A stretch of 64,000 bases of DNA from Bacteroides fragilis (GCA_963630775.1 CAVGNU010000001.1:28607-92606); one strand, 5' to 3'. Counted from the stretch's first letter, positions 48,127 through 60,415 are shown. Translations and numbers: made by a program. The notes: generated from the sequence alone by a model not told the origin.

Positions 48127-48309
48127 ATGAAAAAAATTATTGATTATATAAAATCAGTTCGCAGTGAATGGTTCAAGATTGTGTGGCCATCGCGCGACAC
48201 TGTTATTCGTGCAACTATCATGATTTTGACATTTTCTGCGCTGGCGGCACTGTTCTTCTTTTTGGTGGACGGCGCGCTGAATGTCATTGTGGGCTGGATT
48301 TTCAAGTAA
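48127..48309 (+). CDS. secE: preprotein translocase subunit SecE
   Basis: 60-aa single-TM form (MKKIIDYIKSVRSEWFKIVWPSRDTV…) between tRNA-Trp and nusG. Confidence 0.85.
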   Translation: MKKIIDYIKSVRSEWFKIVWPSRDTVIRATIMILTFSALAALFFFLVDGALNVIVGWIFK

Positions 48310-48333
48310 TATAAACGGGCAAGGGGATGTGTC

Positions 48334-48867
48334 ATGGAAGAAAAAATGCAATGGTTTGTTGTAAACGTTCATACTGGCTGTGAAGACAAGGTTGCCCGCG
48401 GCCTGCGCGAACAAATTGACAAGCGTCGCTTGAATGCGTTGTTTGGCGAAATTTTGGTGCCAACGCGTGAGGTTACGGAAATCAAGGGTGGCAAGCGTGT
48501 CAAGTCTGAAAAAAAGTTTTTCCCAGGATATATTGTTGTCCAGATGGTTTTGAACAACGAAACATTTTCCTTGGTAAAATTGATGCCCCAGGTTGTTATG
48601 TTCTTGGGTGCAAAAAATAAACCGATTGCCGTCAGCGAAGAAGAAGCGCGTCGCCTGCAAAAACAGGTTGAAGAGGGCGCGGTTTCTGTCGAAGATGTTG
48701 AATATGATGTTGGCCAAGAAGTGCATGTTATTGATGGCCCATTCAATGGTTTCAATGGCATCGTGGCAGAGGTTGATAACCTGAAACAGAAAATGACCGC
48801 GACGATTTTGGTATTTGGTCGTGAAACCAGCGTTGAACTGAATTTTAACGAAGTTGAACGTGTCTAA
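48334..48867 (+). CDS. nusG: transcription termination/antitermination factor NusG
   Basis: NGN domain ([14 protein letters not shown]) and KOW motif. Confidence 0.95.
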   Translation: MEEKMQWFVVNVHTGCEDKVARGLREQIDKRRLNALFGEILVPTREVTEIKGGKRVKSEKKFFPGYIVVQMVLNNETFSLVKLMPQVVMFLGAKNKPIAVSEEEARRLQKQVEEGAVSVEDVEYDVGQEVHVIDGPFNGFNGIVAEVDNLKQKMTATILVFGRETSVELNFNEVERV

Positions 48868-48971
48868 GTAAAAAAGAGTTTTTTGGATTTTTGCGGGTGA
48901 CCGCTAAAAATTCTGGTGGGAGATGCGCCACATCGTACCGCCGCACTAACCAAAACAAATGGAGTGAACAA

Positions 48972-49403
48972 ATGGCAAAAAAAGAACTGAAAGGGATTGT
49001 CAAACTGGTCGTCCCTGCAAAACAAGCGAATCCTGCGCCACCAATTGGGCCAGCGTTGGGTGCTGCTGGTGTGAACATCGCAGAATTCTGCAAACAATTT
49101 AACGACAAAACAGCTGACAAAGAACCGGGTATGCCGATTCCTTGCATTATTACTGTTTATACTGACCGCAGTTTCGAATTTATCATGAAATTGCCACCAG
49201 TGTCGTACTACATCAAGAAAGCGTTGAAATTGAAATCTGGTTCGAAAAAGCCAGGTCGCGATTTTGTCGGCACTATTTCAAAAGAACAGGTAAAGCAGAT
49301 TGCAGAAAGCAAAATGCCTGACTTGAATTGCTCTACCATTGAATCCGCCATGAACATCGTTGCGGGTCAATGCCGTTCTATGGGCGTAAAGGTGGAGGAA
49401 TAA
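48972..49403 (+). CDS. rplK: 50S ribosomal protein L11
   Basis: Start trimmed to [30 protein letters not shown] with GGAG RBS. Confidence 0.95.
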   Translation: MAKKELKGIVKLVVPAKQANPAPPIGPALGAAGVNIAEFCKQFNDKTADKEPGMPIPCIITVYTDRSFEFIMKLPPVSYYIKKALKLKSGSKKPGRDFVGTISKEQVKQIAESKMPDLNCSTIESAMNIVAGQCRSMGVKVEE

Positions 49404-49406
49404 GAC

Positions 49407-50081
49407 ATGAAACTGACAAAAAGACAAAAGACATGGGCGAACTTGGACACAGACAAAGTGTATTCTTTGGCTGATGCAATCGAAACCTTGCGTGGTTATA
49501 CGTCCAAGAAATTCGACGAAAGCTTGGAAATCGCAATCAAATTGGGTATTGATATTACCAAAGCCGATCAGAACATTCGTGGTATGCTGTCCTTGCCAAA
49601 TGGCACGGGCAAAACAGTCCGCGTTGCAGTTTTCACTGTGAACAGCGCAGACGAAGCAACCAAAGCGGGTGCTGACGTCGTTGGTGGCGAAGACCTGATT
49701 GAAAAGGTTGCCGGTGGTGAAATCAATTTTGACCGCGTTATCGCGACACCTGATATGATGCCAAAAATGTCAAAGATTGCACGTATCTTGGGGCCAAAGG
49801 GTTTGATGCCGAATCCAAAATTGGGTACGGTTACGAACAACGTTGCCGAAGCTGTTAAAACAGCCAAAGCAGGCCAGATTGAATACCGTGCAGAAAAGAA
49901 AGGTATCATTCACGCCGGTATCGGTAAAATGTCATTTACCACAGATCAGTTGGTTGAAAATGCGAATGCATTGATTGACCAGTTGAAAAAGGTGAAACCA
50001 TCTTCTTCCAAAGGCCAGTATATCTTGGGCGCGTCCGTTGCGACAACCCAAGGTCCAGGTCTGAAAGTTGATGTAAAATAA
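49407..50081 (+). CDS. rplA: 50S ribosomal protein L1
   Basis: 224 aa L1 consensus. GGAGG RBS. Confidence 0.95.
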   Translation: MKLTKRQKTWANLDTDKVYSLADAIETLRGYTSKKFDESLEIAIKLGIDITKADQNIRGMLSLPNGTGKTVRVAVFTVNSADEATKAGADVVGGEDLIEKVAGGEINFDRVIATPDMMPKMSKIARILGPKGLMPNPKLGTVTNNVAEAVKTAKAGQIEYRAEKKGIIHAGIGKMSFTTDQLVENANALIDQLKKVKPSSSKGQYILGASVATTQGPGLKVDVK

Positions 50082-50084
50082 GTT

Positions 50085-50112
50085 ATGTTCTGGTGTGGCA
50101 AATGCCACCCCA
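50085..50112 (+). terminator. hairpin (attenuator/terminator) after rplA preceding the rplJ leader
   Basis: TTCTGGTGTGGCAAATGCCACCCCAGAA inverted repeat. The ~260-nt structured leader is consistent with the L10(L12)4 autoregulatory leader. Confidence 0.45.
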
Positions 50113-50373
50113 GAACAAAGGTCAAATACCAAAGTGCGAAGTTCAAAAATTAGGAATACAATAATTTGAACTTTGAACTCTGAACTTTGAACTTTTAATA
50201 GAGATTTCTGTCCGTGACTGATGGTGTTGGCGACAACTTAATTTCCATCATAGACAAAGAAAAAATTCTTTGGGGCAGGAACGAAGCCCCATCTCAGAGA
50301 ACTCTGGGTGGAAAGTTTAACAAAGCAGGGATTGCGGGGGTGGACCCCGAAATCTGGAAGTAAAGGATAAAAT

Positions 50374-50850
50374 ATGAGACGCGAAGAAAAATCAGATTTG
50401 ATTTCAGCGTTGCAGTCGTCCTTGAAAGATGCAAACGGTGTTTTCGTTGTTGAAAACCACGGTTTGACCGTGAAAGAATTGGAAGGCCTGCGTAATGAAT
50501 TGCGCCCATTGGTTTCCGTGTTCAAAGTTGTTAAAAACCGTTTGATGAAATTGGCGTTGAAAGATACCAATTTTGAACCTGTGTCCGAAATGATGAAACG
50601 TCCGACCGCGGTTGCTGTTGCAACAGACGGTTTGGCGGTTACCAAGGTTTTGGCAAAGTTCGCCGAAGAACACCCAAACCTGACCATCATTGGTGGTAAA
50701 ATGGACGCAGACGTCTTGGACAAAGACGGCATTATGCAATTATCCAAACTGCCATCCCTGTTGGAAATCCGTGGCACTATTGCGCGTATCTTGGTCGAAC
50801 CAGCGTCGCGCTTGGCACGTGTTTCAGCAGAGTATGGAAAGAAAAATTAA
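50374..50850 (+). CDS. rplJ: 50S ribosomal protein L10
   Basis: 158 aa L10 consensus. Confidence 0.95.
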   Translation: MRREEKSDLISALQSSLKDANGVFVVENHGLTVKELEGLRNELRPLVSVFKVVKNRLMKLALKDTNFEPVSEMMKRPTAVAVATDGLAVTKVLAKFAEEHPNLTIIGGKMDADVLDKDGIMQLSKLPSLLEIRGTIARILVEPASRLARVSAEYGKKN

Positions 50851-50900
50851 TATCAAAATGGCAACATTTTGATTTAGCTAAACTAAATAGGAGCTAAAAA

Positions 50901-51266
50901 ATGGCAGACATTCAAAAATTAGTTGAAGAATTGTCAAAATTGACCGTTTTGGAAGCAGTTGAACTGTCCAAAGCGTTGGAAGAAACATGGGGCGTTTCCG
51001 CCGCCGCTGCAGTTGCAGTAGCCGCTGGCCCAGCCGCCGCTGCAGCCGAAGAAAAGACAGAATTTGATGTCGTCTTGGCTGAAATCGGTGCAAACAAATT
51101 GGCTGTTATCAAGGCAGTTAAAGAAATGACTGGTTTGGGCTTGGGTGAAGCGAAAGCTTTGGTCGAATCTGCACCAAAGGCAGTCAAAGAAGCCGTTGCA
51201 AAAGATGAAGCTGAAAAAATGAAAGCGACATTGGAAGCAGCCGGTGCCAAGGTTGAATTGAAATAA
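50901..51266 (+). CDS. rplL: 50S ribosomal protein L7/L12
   Basis: Ala-rich hinge and C-terminal …[39 protein letters not shown]. Confidence 0.97.
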   Translation: MADIQKLVEELSKLTVLEAVELSKALEETWGVSAAAAVAVAAGPAAAAAEEKTEFDVVLAEIGANKLAVIKAVKEMTGLGLGEAKALVESAPKAVKEAVAKDEAEKMKATLEAAGAKVELK

Positions 51267-51428
51267 TTCGCCCGGCCGGATTAAATTCTGGCAAAAAATG
51301 AAAAAGTCGCGGTTTTCCGCGCAGCGTCTTGGGCCCACCAGTGGATTTTTCCACGGTGGGTGCACAGACGTAAAAAGAGTTTGAAATAGTTTCGTTTGCA
51401 AAACGCACAAAAAAAAGGATTGATACCC

Positions 51429-54400
51429 ATGGCAGTTATCCAGAAATTTAGAAAATCTTTTGGAAAAAGTTTTTTGCAAACTCCGCTTCCTGATCTGGTT
51501 GAAATTCAATATAATTCTTACAAAAATTTCTTGCAGGCCGATGTAGATCCACAAAATCGTAAAAACATGGGACTGCAAAACGTTTTTTCGTCTATGTTCC
51601 CTATCAAGGACTACGCCGGTATTGCCGACTTGGAATTTGTTGAATATACACTGGACAAACCGGTTTATAACGTCAAAGAATGCATGCTGCGCAATATGAC
51701 ATATTCCAGCAAGCTGAAATTGAAGCTGAGATTGATTTTGTGGGACATCGCCGAAGACGGTAAAAAAACGTTGCGCGATATCAAAGAACAAGAAATATTT
51801 ATGGGCGAAGTGCCGTTGATGACAGAACGCGGCAGCTTTATCGCGTCTGGTGTGGAACGTGTTATCGTTTCCCAGATGCATCGTGCCCAGGGTGTTGTAT
51901 TCGCAACAACCAAAGAAGCCAAAATCGCTGGCAACCCAATCACGTATACCGCACGTATTATCCCAGAACACGGCAGTTGGATTGACTTTGAAGAATCCAA
52001 GGGCGTTATCTATGTTCGTATCGACCGTCGCCGCAAAGTTCCAGCGACGGTGCTGTTGCGTTGCCTGCCGGCCGCCGAAGACGAGAAGAAATTTGCCGCC
52101 GATCCGCGCAAGCCGACAATCCGTGGCATGAGCGACACTGAGATCCTGTCTGCGTTCTATAACCGCATTCCGTTGAAATTCGATGGTAAAATGTGGGCGG
52201 GCAGTGTTGATGCTTTTGCGGGTCTGGATAAATACCGTTTGAATTATGATTTAATCAATCCAAAAGATAAAAAGATATTGGCGTCCAAGGGTGATCGTCT
52301 GAACGCGAAACGTATGGCGAAAATCACAGCAAGCGCCAAAGAATTTGGTATCTTGCCTGAATCTTTGATTGGCGAATATCTGTTTGACCCAATTATGTCT
52401 GGCGACGAAGTCGTATTTCAGGCGGGTACTGAAATCACAGACGAAGTGTTGTCTGATTTGGACAAGATGGGTGTCAAAGAAGTCTCGCTGATTGCGATTG
52501 ACAACACAACAATCACATCGCACATGCGCAATACGTTGGTTGCCGACAAAACAACCAATCGCGAAGAAGCATTGATTGAAATCTATAACATTATCCGTCC
52601 GGGTGAACGACCCACACTGGAAGCGGCAATCAACCTGTTCCTGCGTCAGGGCTTTGATGCAGCGTTCTATGATTTGTCCGCGGTTGGTCGTTTCAAGATG
52701 AACAAGCGTTTGAAGATTGATTCTGGCAAAAAACCAGAAGATGAACGCCTGTTGACCAAGTCCGATTTCTTGGCGGTTTTGAAAACACTGACAAACATCA
52801 TTGATCACAAAGATACAATTGATGACATTGATAATCTGTCAAATCGTCGCGTACGCGCGGTTGGCGAATTGTTGGAACAGAATTTCCGTACTGGTATGGT
52901 TCGTATCGAACGTCTGGTTCGCGAAAGTTTGTCATCGCCAAATATCGCAAATATGCAACCACAGGACGTTATCAACGTTAAACCGCTGATGTCGTTGGTA
53001 TCTGAATTTTTGGGTACGTCCCAGTTGTCCCAGTTTATGGATGCGTACAATCCGTTGTCTGAATTGGAACACAAGCGTCGTATTTCTGCGTTGGGCCCAG
53101 GGGGACTGAATCGTGACCGCGCCGGTATTGACGTCCGCGACGTTCACCCGACACACTATGGTCGTTTGTGTCCAATTCACACCCCCGAAGGTGCGAACAT
53201 TGGTCTGATCAACCATTTGGCAACGTATGCACGCGTCAACCCATATGGCTTTATTGAAACACCATACTATGTCGTTGAAAACGGTCGTGTTACGGACAAG
53301 ATGGTATATCTGACCGCGGACGAAGAACTGGGGCACAAGATTGCACAGGGTAATACCCCGACTGCAAAAAATGGTGCATTGGCCGAAGACACCGTTACCG
53401 CGCGTGTTGATGGCGAATTTACAATGGTGCCAAAAGAAGAAATCGATTTAATCGACGTTGCCCCACGTCAGGTGGTTTCCATCGCAACCGGTTTGATTCC
53501 GTTCGTTGAAAACGACGACGCGAACCGTGCTTTGATGGGTTCAAACATGCAGCGTCAGGCCGTTCCATTGTTGCGCGTTCAGGCCCCATTGGTGGGTACT
53601 GGTATCGAACGCGAAGTGGCGCGCGATTCCCGTACGGGCAAGGTTGCAAAGCACAGCGGTATTGTTGAATCCGTTGATGCGAACCGTATTGTGGTTAAAT
53701 GCATGAACAGCCGCAACGTCGTAACCGGTGTTGATATTTACAATCTGGAAAAATTTGAACGCAGCAACAGTGAAACATTGATTCACCAAAAACCATTGGT
53801 CAAGGTTGGCGATCGCATTTCTGCGGGCGACATCATTGCCGACGGTTCATCTATGAACTATGGTGAACTGGCACTGGGCCGCAACGTTCTGGTCGCATTC
53901 GTGCCATGGCGTGGTTATAACTACGAAGACGCGATTGTTATTTCCGAACGTATTTCTCGTGAAGATATCTTTACATCGGTCAAAATTGTTGAAAAAGAAT
54001 TCAAAGTTCGTGATACCCAGTTGGGCCCAGAAAGTTTCACACGCGACATTCCAAACGTCAGCGAAGAAGCACTGAAAAATCTGGATGAATCTGGTATCAT
54101 TTACGTCGGTGCACGCGTGAAGCAGGGTGACATCTTGGTCGGTCGTGTTTCGCCAAAATCCGAAACGTTGCTGACCCCCGAAGAAGCGTTGCTGCGCAAC
54201 ATCTTTGGTGAAAAGGCATTGAACGTCAAGGATACATCTCTGCGCGTTGGCCCGAACGAAGAAGGTACAGTTATCGGTGTGAACGTCTTGACCCGTCATG
54301 GGGTAAAGAAAGACGAACGTACACAGATGATTGAATTGCAAAAGATTGAGAAAATCAACAAAGACCGCGATGAAGAAACGTCTATCATCGAAAAGGGCTT

Positions 54401-55565
54401 TGCAGACCAGATTTTCCAAATCGCCGAAGGTGAAACGATTGATTCGGGCATGGGCAGCTTGAAACCATTCGTCGGCAAGAAATTGACCGCCGAAGTGTTC
54501 GAAGGTATCAAGCCAGCCGACATCAAGAAATTGGTTGTCCGCAACAAAGAAGCCCAAGCCAAGATTGATGAATTACGCGAACAGCATATTGCAAAACTGA
54601 AAGCGTTGAACGAGAAAGCCGACGCCGAAGTTGCCAAGACCACAGAAAGCAATTCGCTGAATGCGGGTGTCTTGAAAGAGGTCAAGGTTTATATCGCACA
54701 CAAGATGAAATTGCAGCCAGGTGATAAAATGGCTGGTCGTCACGGGAACAAGGGTATCGTATCCAAAGTTGTCCCAATCGAAGATATGCCATACATGGAA
54801 GACGGTACACCAGTTGATATCGTTCTGAACCCGTTGGGTGTGCCATCACGTATGAACATCGGTCAGATTTTGGAAACCCACCTTGGTATGGCGGGCCGCA
54901 CATTGGGCCAGCAGATTGGCGATGTCTTGGACGAAGTCAAAGCAAAGCGTGCTGTAACCGATGACCTGCGCACCATTATGGGCAAGGTGTATGGCAAAGA
55001 AACCGCTGAAAAGTTGGAAAAAATGACGGACACAGATGTCCGCGCCGAAGCAGCACTGTTGCGCGATGGCGTGCCAATGGCAACCCCAACATTCGACGGT
55101 GCAACGCCCGAAGACATTCGCAGTATGCTGAAATTAGCAAAACTGCCAGAATCTGGCCAGTTCACAATGTACGATGGTATGACTGGCGAAAAATTCGCCC
55201 GTCCTGTTACCGTTGGTGTTATGTACATGATGAAACTGCATCACTTTGTTGATGAAAAGATTCACGCGCGTTCCATTGGCAATTACTCGTTGGTAACACA
55301 ACAGCCATTGTCTGGCAAGGCGCACATGGGTGGCCAGCGTTTGGGTGAAATGGAAGTGTGGGCATTGGAAGCACACGGTGCTGCGCACTTGCTGCGCGAA
55401 ATGCTGACTGTCAAGTCGGACGATATCGTCGGCCGTAACAAGATGTACGAAGCCATCATATCTGGCAGCAACGATATCCAGACCGGCACACCAGAAGCAT
55501 TCAACGTATTCGTTCGCGAATTGCGTGGTTTGGGTCTGGCGATGACACCAAAGAAAATTGACTAA
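51429..55565 (+). CDS. rpoB: DNA-directed RNA polymerase subunit beta
   Basis: Start trimmed to [13 protein letters not shown] with AAGGA RBS. All conserved beta regions present. Confidence 0.97.
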   Translation: MAVIQKFRKSFGKSFLQTPLPDLVEIQYNSYKNFLQADVDPQNRKNMGLQNVFSSMFPIKDYAGIADLEFVEYTLDKPVYNVKECMLRNMTYSSKLKLKLRLILWDIAEDGKKTLRDIKEQEIFMGEVPLMTERGSFIASGVERVIVSQMHRAQGVVFATTKEAKIAGNPITYTARIIPEHGSWIDFEESKGVIYVRIDRRRKVPATVLLRCLPAAEDEKKFAADPRKPTIRGMSDTEILSAFYNRIPLKFDGKMWAGSVDAFAGLDKYRLNYDLINPKDKKILASKGDRLNAKRMAKITASAKEFGILPESLIGEYLFDPIMSGDEVVFQAGTEITDEVLSDLDKMGVKEVSLIAIDNTTITSHMRNTLVADKTTNREEALIEIYNIIRPGERPTLEAAINLFLRQGFDAAFYDLSAVGRFKMNKRLKIDSGKKPEDERLLTKSDFLAVLKTLTNIIDHKDTIDDIDNLSNRRVRAVGELLEQNFRTGMVRIERLVRESLSSPNIANMQPQDVINVKPLMSLVSEFLGTSQLSQFMDAYNPLSELEHKRRISALGPGGLNRDRAGIDVRDVHPTHYGRLCPIHTPEGANIGLINHLATYARVNPYGFIETPYYVVENGRVTDKMVYLTADEELGHKIAQGNTPTAKNGALAEDTVTARVDGEFTMVPKEEIDLIDVAPRQVVSIATGLIPFVENDDANRALMGSNMQRQAVPLLRVQAPLVGTGIEREVARDSRTGKVAKHSGIVESVDANRIVVKCMNSRNVVTGVDIYNLEKFERSNSETLIHQKPLVKVGDRISAGDIIADGSSMNYGELALGRNVLVAFVPWRGYNYEDAIVISERISREDIFTSVKIVEKEFKVRDTQLGPESFTRDIPNVSEEALKNLDESGIIYVGARVKQGDILVGRVSPKSETLLTPEEALLRNIFGEKALNVKDTSLRVGPNEEGTVIGVNVLTRHGVKKDERTQMIELQKIEKINKDRDEETSIIEKGFADQIFQIAEGETIDSGMGSLKPFVGKKLTAEVFEGIKPADIKKLVVRNKEAQAKIDELREQHIAKLKALNEKADAEVAKTTESNSLNAGVLKEVKVYIAHKMKLQPGDKMAGRHGNKGIVSKVVPIEDMPYMEDGTPVDIVLNPLGVPSRMNIGQILETHLGMAGRTLGQQIGDVLDEVKAKRAVTDDLRTIMGKVYGKETAEKLEKMTDTDVRAEAALLRDGVPMATPTFDGATPEDIRSMLKLAKLPESGQFTMYDGMTGEKFARPVTVGVMYMMKLHHFVDEKIHARSIGNYSLVTQQPLSGKAHMGGQRLGEMEVWALEAHGAAHLLREMLTVKSDDIVGRNKMYEAIISGSNDIQTGTPEAFNVFVRELRGLGLAMTPKKID

Positions 55566-55639
55566 AAATCGACCGTGGCGGTGGCAACGCCGTCACGGAC
55601 AAAGGCATTTTGAACAGCGACTTGAAAGGAGCAAAATTT

Positions 55640-58600
55640 ATGACCAATATGTTGCAGAAGATTTTCGGACAAATTGAAACCAAGGAACAGTTTGACGCCC
55701 TGCGCATCACCATCGCGTCACCAGAAGAAATTCTGTCTTGGTCCCATGGCGAGGTAAAAAAGCCCGAAACTATCAACTATCATTCTTTGAAACCAGAGGC
55801 AGAAGGTTTGTTCTGCCAGCAGATTTTTGGTCCAGTCAAAGATTACGAATGCGCCTGCGGAAAATATAAGAGAATCAAATTCCGTGGCGTTGTTTGCGAA
55901 CGTTGCGGTGTCGAAGTTGGTTCTTCGTCCGTTCGTCGTGAACGTATGGGACACATTAAATTGGCGATGCCTGTTGCGCACACATGGTTCTTGCGCGAAG
56001 GGAAAATTGCCACATTGTTGAACAATCTGCCCCAGAAAAAACTGGAACAGGTTATTTCGTATGATGCATACATTGTTATTGAACCGGGTTTGACCAACCT
56101 GAAACAATACGATGTCATCAGCGAAGATGAATATCAAAGCGCGGTCGAAGAATTTGGCGCAGACGCATTCCGCGTCGGTATCGGTGCCGAAGGCGTCCGC
56201 AACATTATCGCCAATCTGGACATGGGCGACGAACGTACACGCCTGCGGGCTGAATTGGCAGAAACAAAATCCGAAGCAAAACGCAAAGGGTTGATTAAAC
56301 AGTTGAAACTGGTCGAAGCATTCTTGGATTCTAAAACAGATCCAGCATGGATGTTGCCAGATATCATTCCTGTTATCCCACCAGATATGCGTCCATTGGT
56401 AACATTGGATGCGGGTCACGTTGCGGCATCTGACCTGAACGATTTGTATCGTCGTGTTATTATTCGTAATAACCGTCTGAAACGTTTTCAGGAAATGCAT
56501 GCACCAGACATCATTGTCCGTAACGAAAAGCGTATGTTGCAAGAAGCCGTTGATTCCTTGTTTGATAACGGACACAAGGCACGTCCAATGGTTTCCCAGA
56601 ACCGTCGTCCATTGAAATCATTGTCTGATTCATTGCGTGGTAAATCCGGTCGTTTCCGTATGAACATGTTGGGTAAACGTGTGGACTATTCTGGTCGTTC
56701 GGTTATTGTGTCGGGCCCATCACTGAAATTGCATCAGGTTGGTTTGCCAAAGACAATGGCACTGGAATTGTTCAAACCATTCGTTTATGCACGTCTGTTG
56801 GCGGGTGATTATGCAAACACATTGAAAACCGCGCGCAAGATGGTTGAAAACGGCGAAGATGTTGTTTGGGAAATCTTGGAAAAGGTTATTTACCAGCATC
56901 CAGTTCTGTTGAACCGTGCGCCATCATTACACCGTTTGTCGCTGTTGGCGTTCGAACCAGTTTTGATTGAAGGCAAGGCAATCCGTCTGCACCCACTGGT
57001 CTGCAAGGGCTTTAACGCTGACTTTGACGGTGACCAGATGTCTGTGCATGTTCCAATTTCATTGGAAGCGCAACTGGAAGCGCGCACATTGATGCTGTCG
57101 TCTAACAACGTTTTGTCACCTGCGAACGGCGAACCAATGATTGTACCGGCCCAGGACATGGTTTTGGGTGTGTACTATATCTCGCTGATTGATGGCGAAC
57201 ACACAGATAAATCACCACGTTTTGCAAACATGGACGAAGTGAAAATGGCGTTGGAAAATCATTCCATCACGTTGCACACACCAATTGTGGCGCGTATCAA
57301 TGGCCAGATTTATAAAACAACAGCCGGTCGTATGATTTTGGGCGAACTGTTGCCAAAATCTGACAAGATGCCATTTGATTTGGTGAACAAGGTTATGCCA
57401 GTAAAAGAAATCAAGGCACTGTTGGCGACAACATACGAACGTTGTGGCGACAAGGCGATGATTAAACTGGCCGACGATTTGAAGAACACCGGCTTTGAAC
57501 AGGCGGCGCGCAGTGGTATTTCCATCGGGTTTGACGATATTATCATTCCAGAAGAAAAGAAGACCATGATTGCCGATGCTGAAAAGGCAGCCGAAGAAAT
57601 TGAATCACAGTATCAGAACGGTTTGCTGTCTGGCGGTGAACGTCACAACAAACTGATTGACCTGTGGCAGAAAACAACCGATAAACTGGGTGATTTGGCG
57701 TATGCTGCACTGGGCAAGACAACAGGCGAAAATTGGAACTCGGTTCTGATGATGGCTCTGTCTGGGGCGCGTGGTTCAAAACGTCAGATTCAGCAGTTGG
57801 CGGGTATGCGTGGTATGATGCAGAAACCAGACGGTTCTATTATTGAAGTTCCTATTATTTCGAACTTCAAGGAAGGTCTGACCATGTCTGAATACTTTAC
57901 GTCCACCCACGGTGCGCGTAAAGGTATGTCGGATACCGCGTTGAAAACCGCTGACGCTGGTTACTTGACTCGTCGTCTGGTTGAATTGGCCCAGAATACT
58001 GTTATTACTGAACACGATTGCGGTACGACAGAATACATCACAGCAAAGCCGGTGTATCAGGGTTCAACCCTGTCGGTTGCGCTGGGCGACGTTGTTCTGG
58101 GACGTACGGCGGCACACGACATCATTCACCCAATTACCAAGGAAGTTATCGTTCCTGCCGGTGAATTGATTACCAAAACCGCTGCAAAACAAATCAATGA
58201 ATCGGGCCTGCCATCTGTTGATGTGCGCAGTGTTCTGACATGTTGCAGTGACGGTCTGTGTGCAAAATGCTATGGTATGGATTTGTCGCGTAATGCGCTG
58301 GTTCATGTCGGCGAAGCGGTCGGCGTTATCGCTGGCCAATCCATTGGTGAACCTGGCACACAGTTGACATTGCGTACATTCCACATCGGTGGTGTTGCGG
58401 CTGGTGGTGCAGAAAGCCACTTTATCGAAGTCCCAGTTGCTGGTACAATCAAACTGACGGGTGTGAACACAATTAAAAACACCGCGGGTCGTGTGGTTGT
58501 CCTGTCGCGTAATGGCGAATTGGCGGTTGTTGATGCCAAGGGGGAAACACTGTTCTCGTGCGCATTGCCATACGCCGCTATGTTGATTGTCAACGATGGT

Positions 58601-59749
58601 GACGCCGTCGAAAAGGGCGCAAAGGTTGCCGAATGGGATCCATATTCGAACACAATCATCGCTGAAAAAGACGGTATCGTCAGCTTCAATGACTTGGTCG
58701 AAAACGTATCGTACCAAGAAGAGGTTGATTCCATGACCGGTATCGTTTCGCGCAAGGTTATCAACTGGAAGGCCAATACGAAAAAGGCATTGCAACCTGC
58801 AATCCGCTTGGTCGATGCAAACGGCAATGTAATTTCGTTGGGTGGTAAAAAGATTGCAGAATACATGCTGCCTATGTATTCGGTGCTGAACGTTGCAAAC
58901 GGCGCATCGGTTGTGGCGGGTGATATTCTGGCACGTATTCCAGTTCAGGCGAAAAAGACAGGCGATATTACCGGCGGTCTGCCACGCGTCAACGAATTGT
59001 TGGAAGTGCGCCGTCCTGCAAACCCAGCATTGCTGGCGGAAATCGATGGTACGGTTGAATTGGAAGATGCAAAATCCAAAATCATCATTCGCATTGATCC
59101 CGAAGATGGTACAGCCCCAGTTGAATACGCCGTGCCAAAGGGTACAAATCTGATGGTGCGCAGCGGCGACGTTGTGCGCAAGGCCGATAAACTGGTCGAT
59201 GGCGATCCAGTGCCACAGGATATTTTGCGTATCTTGGGCCAGAAAGCGTTGGCAACGTTTATGGTTGAACAGATTCAGCAAGTTTATCGCTTGCAGGGTG
59301 TGGTCATCAACGACAAGCACATTGAAATTTTGATTCGCGAAATGACGCGCCGCGTTGAAATCACAAACCCAGGCGACACCGGATTCTTGATGGGTCAGGT
59401 TGTTGACCGCGTTGATTTCGAAGAAGAAAACGCCCGCGTTGCCCACGATGGTGGCAAAGTAGCCGAGGCCTCTCAGGTCTTGGTTGGTTTGACTCGCGCG
59501 TCATTGACATCACGTTCATTTATCTCGAACGCATCGTTCCAACAGACAACCAAGGTATTGGTTGACGCTGCAATCAGCGGTGCAACAGATAAACTGGTCG
59601 GTATCAATGAAAACTTGATTGTTGGCCGTTTGATTCCAATCGGCACAGGTGCGTACGTACGTCGCGTCCGCGAAATTGCCAAGGAAGAAGAACGCGAAGA
59701 ACGTTTGGCCCGCGAAGGCAATACCCAGCAACAGTTGTTGGATATCTGA
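55640..59749 (+). CDS. rpoC: DNA-directed RNA polymerase subunit beta'
   Basis: AAGGAG RBS. Zinc finger CxxC…CxxC, NADFDGD catalytic motif. Hairpin at 59762-59790 downstream. Confidence 0.97.
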   Translation: MTNMLQKIFGQIETKEQFDALRITIASPEEILSWSHGEVKKPETINYHSLKPEAEGLFCQQIFGPVKDYECACGKYKRIKFRGVVCERCGVEVGSSSVRRERMGHIKLAMPVAHTWFLREGKIATLLNNLPQKKLEQVISYDAYIVIEPGLTNLKQYDVISEDEYQSAVEEFGADAFRVGIGAEGVRNIIANLDMGDERTRLRAELAETKSEAKRKGLIKQLKLVEAFLDSKTDPAWMLPDIIPVIPPDMRPLVTLDAGHVAASDLNDLYRRVIIRNNRLKRFQEMHAPDIIVRNEKRMLQEAVDSLFDNGHKARPMVSQNRRPLKSLSDSLRGKSGRFRMNMLGKRVDYSGRSVIVSGPSLKLHQVGLPKTMALELFKPFVYARLLAGDYANTLKTARKMVENGEDVVWEILEKVIYQHPVLLNRAPSLHRLSLLAFEPVLIEGKAIRLHPLVCKGFNADFDGDQMSVHVPISLEAQLEARTLMLSSNNVLSPANGEPMIVPAQDMVLGVYYISLIDGEHTDKSPRFANMDEVKMALENHSITLHTPIVARINGQIYKTTAGRMILGELLPKSDKMPFDLVNKVMPVKEIKALLATTYERCGDKAMIKLADDLKNTGFEQAARSGISIGFDDIIIPEEKKTMIADAEKAAEEIESQYQNGLLSGGERHNKLIDLWQKTTDKLGDLAYAALGKTTGENWNSVLMMALSGARGSKRQIQQLAGMRGMMQKPDGSIIEVPIISNFKEGLTMSEYFTSTHGARKGMSDTALKTADAGYLTRRLVELAQNTVITEHDCGTTEYITAKPVYQGSTLSVALGDVVLGRTAAHDIIHPITKEVIVPAGELITKTAAKQINESGLPSVDVRSVLTCCSDGLCAKCYGMDLSRNALVHVGEAVGVIAGQSIGEPGTQLTLRTFHIGGVAAGGAESHFIEVPVAGTIKLTGVNTIKNTAGRVVVLSRNGELAVVDAKGETLFSCALPYAAMLIVNDGDAVEKGAKVAEWDPYSNTIIAEKDGIVSFNDLVENVSYQEEVDSMTGIVSRKVINWKANTKKALQPAIRLVDANGNVISLGGKKIAEYMLPMYSVLNVANGASVVAGDILARIPVQAKKTGDITGGLPRVNELLEVRRPANPALLAEIDGTVELEDAKSKIIIRIDPEDGTAPVEYAVPKGTNLMVRSGDVVRKADKLVDGDPVPQDILRILGQKALATFMVEQIQQVYRLQGVVINDKHIEILIREMTRRVEITNPGDTGFLMGQVVDRVDFEEENARVAHDGGKVAEASQVLVGLTRASLTSRSFISNASFQQTTKVLVDAAISGATDKLVGINENLIVGRLIPIGTGAYVRRVREIAKEEEREERLAREGNTQQQLLDI

Positions 59750-59800
59750 TGGGAAACATAGGCAACAGGGCGCACATCGCGCCCTGTTGCAACCGATGCA

Positions 59801-60199
59801 ATGACAGAAATACCCGCAATCTTTTGTGATATTGATGGCGTTGTGAATAAAAAGTTCGCAATCGCAAACTATGACCGCTTTGGTGAACCGAATGAAAATA
59901 TGATACGCATTCTGGAAACACTGGGGCGCGATTTCACGATTGTGTTTATTACCGGTCGTTGGGCCATGGGGCAGGACAAGGTTCAGCATCACATAGATGC
60001 CTTGTTGCCAAACATTAAAAAACGTGTTTTCTGTAAACCGCATGACTATGCTGGCACAACCGCAGAATTCAAATTGGCAACGATTATCGCATTGGAAAAA
60101 CAGGGGTACAAATTCTATATGGGCTTGGACGATCACAGTGCGGTTATCGGTCTGATGCACAACCATGGTATGTTCGTCGCCCAGGTAATATCGGATTAA
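59801..60199 (+). CDS. HAD-like hydrolase/phosphatase-fold protein
   Basis: DxDG motif I (IFCDIDGVV) in a 132-aa protein. Function unclear. Confidence 0.45.
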   Translation: MTEIPAIFCDIDGVVNKKFAIANYDRFGEPNENMIRILETLGRDFTIVFITGRWAMGQDKVQHHIDALLPNIKKRVFCKPHDYAGTTAEFKLATIIALEKQGYKFYMGLDDHSAVIGLMHNHGMFVAQVISD

Positions 60200-60264
60200 A
60201 GTTTTCCTTGCATTTGCACAGGATTTTTATAGAATATCAAACTGTAAATTAAAAAGGATAGTAA

Positions 60265-60415
60265 AATGGCAACGCCAAAAAGTAAAACAAGTAAAGCACG
60301 CACAGCACAACGTCGTTCTCACGATGCGCTGTCTATCATGCCATGCACAGTATGCAAGACCTGTGGTGAAAAGAAACGTCCGCATCACGTTTGTCCTGCA
60401 TGTGGTGCAAAATAA
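60265..60415 (+). pseudogene. rpmF: 50S ribosomal protein L32 gene with apparent +1 frameshift at a CCC run (~60359-60361)
   Basis: AAAAGGA RBS. Frame 1 gives MATPKSKTSKARTAQRRSHDALSIMPCTVCKT then a stop. The zinc-ribbon C-terminus …CGEKKRPHHVCPACGAK* continues in the +1 frame up to the stop at 60413-60415. Removing one C restores a 49-aa L32. rpmF-plsX synteny. Confidence 0.6.

Noticed and set aside
58064-59446. 460-aa minus-strand ORF (and 345-aa ORF 50934-51971, 285-aa ORF 55718-56575)
   Set aside because: Antisense shadows inside rpoC and rpoB. The sense strands have complete, conserved RNAP sequences.
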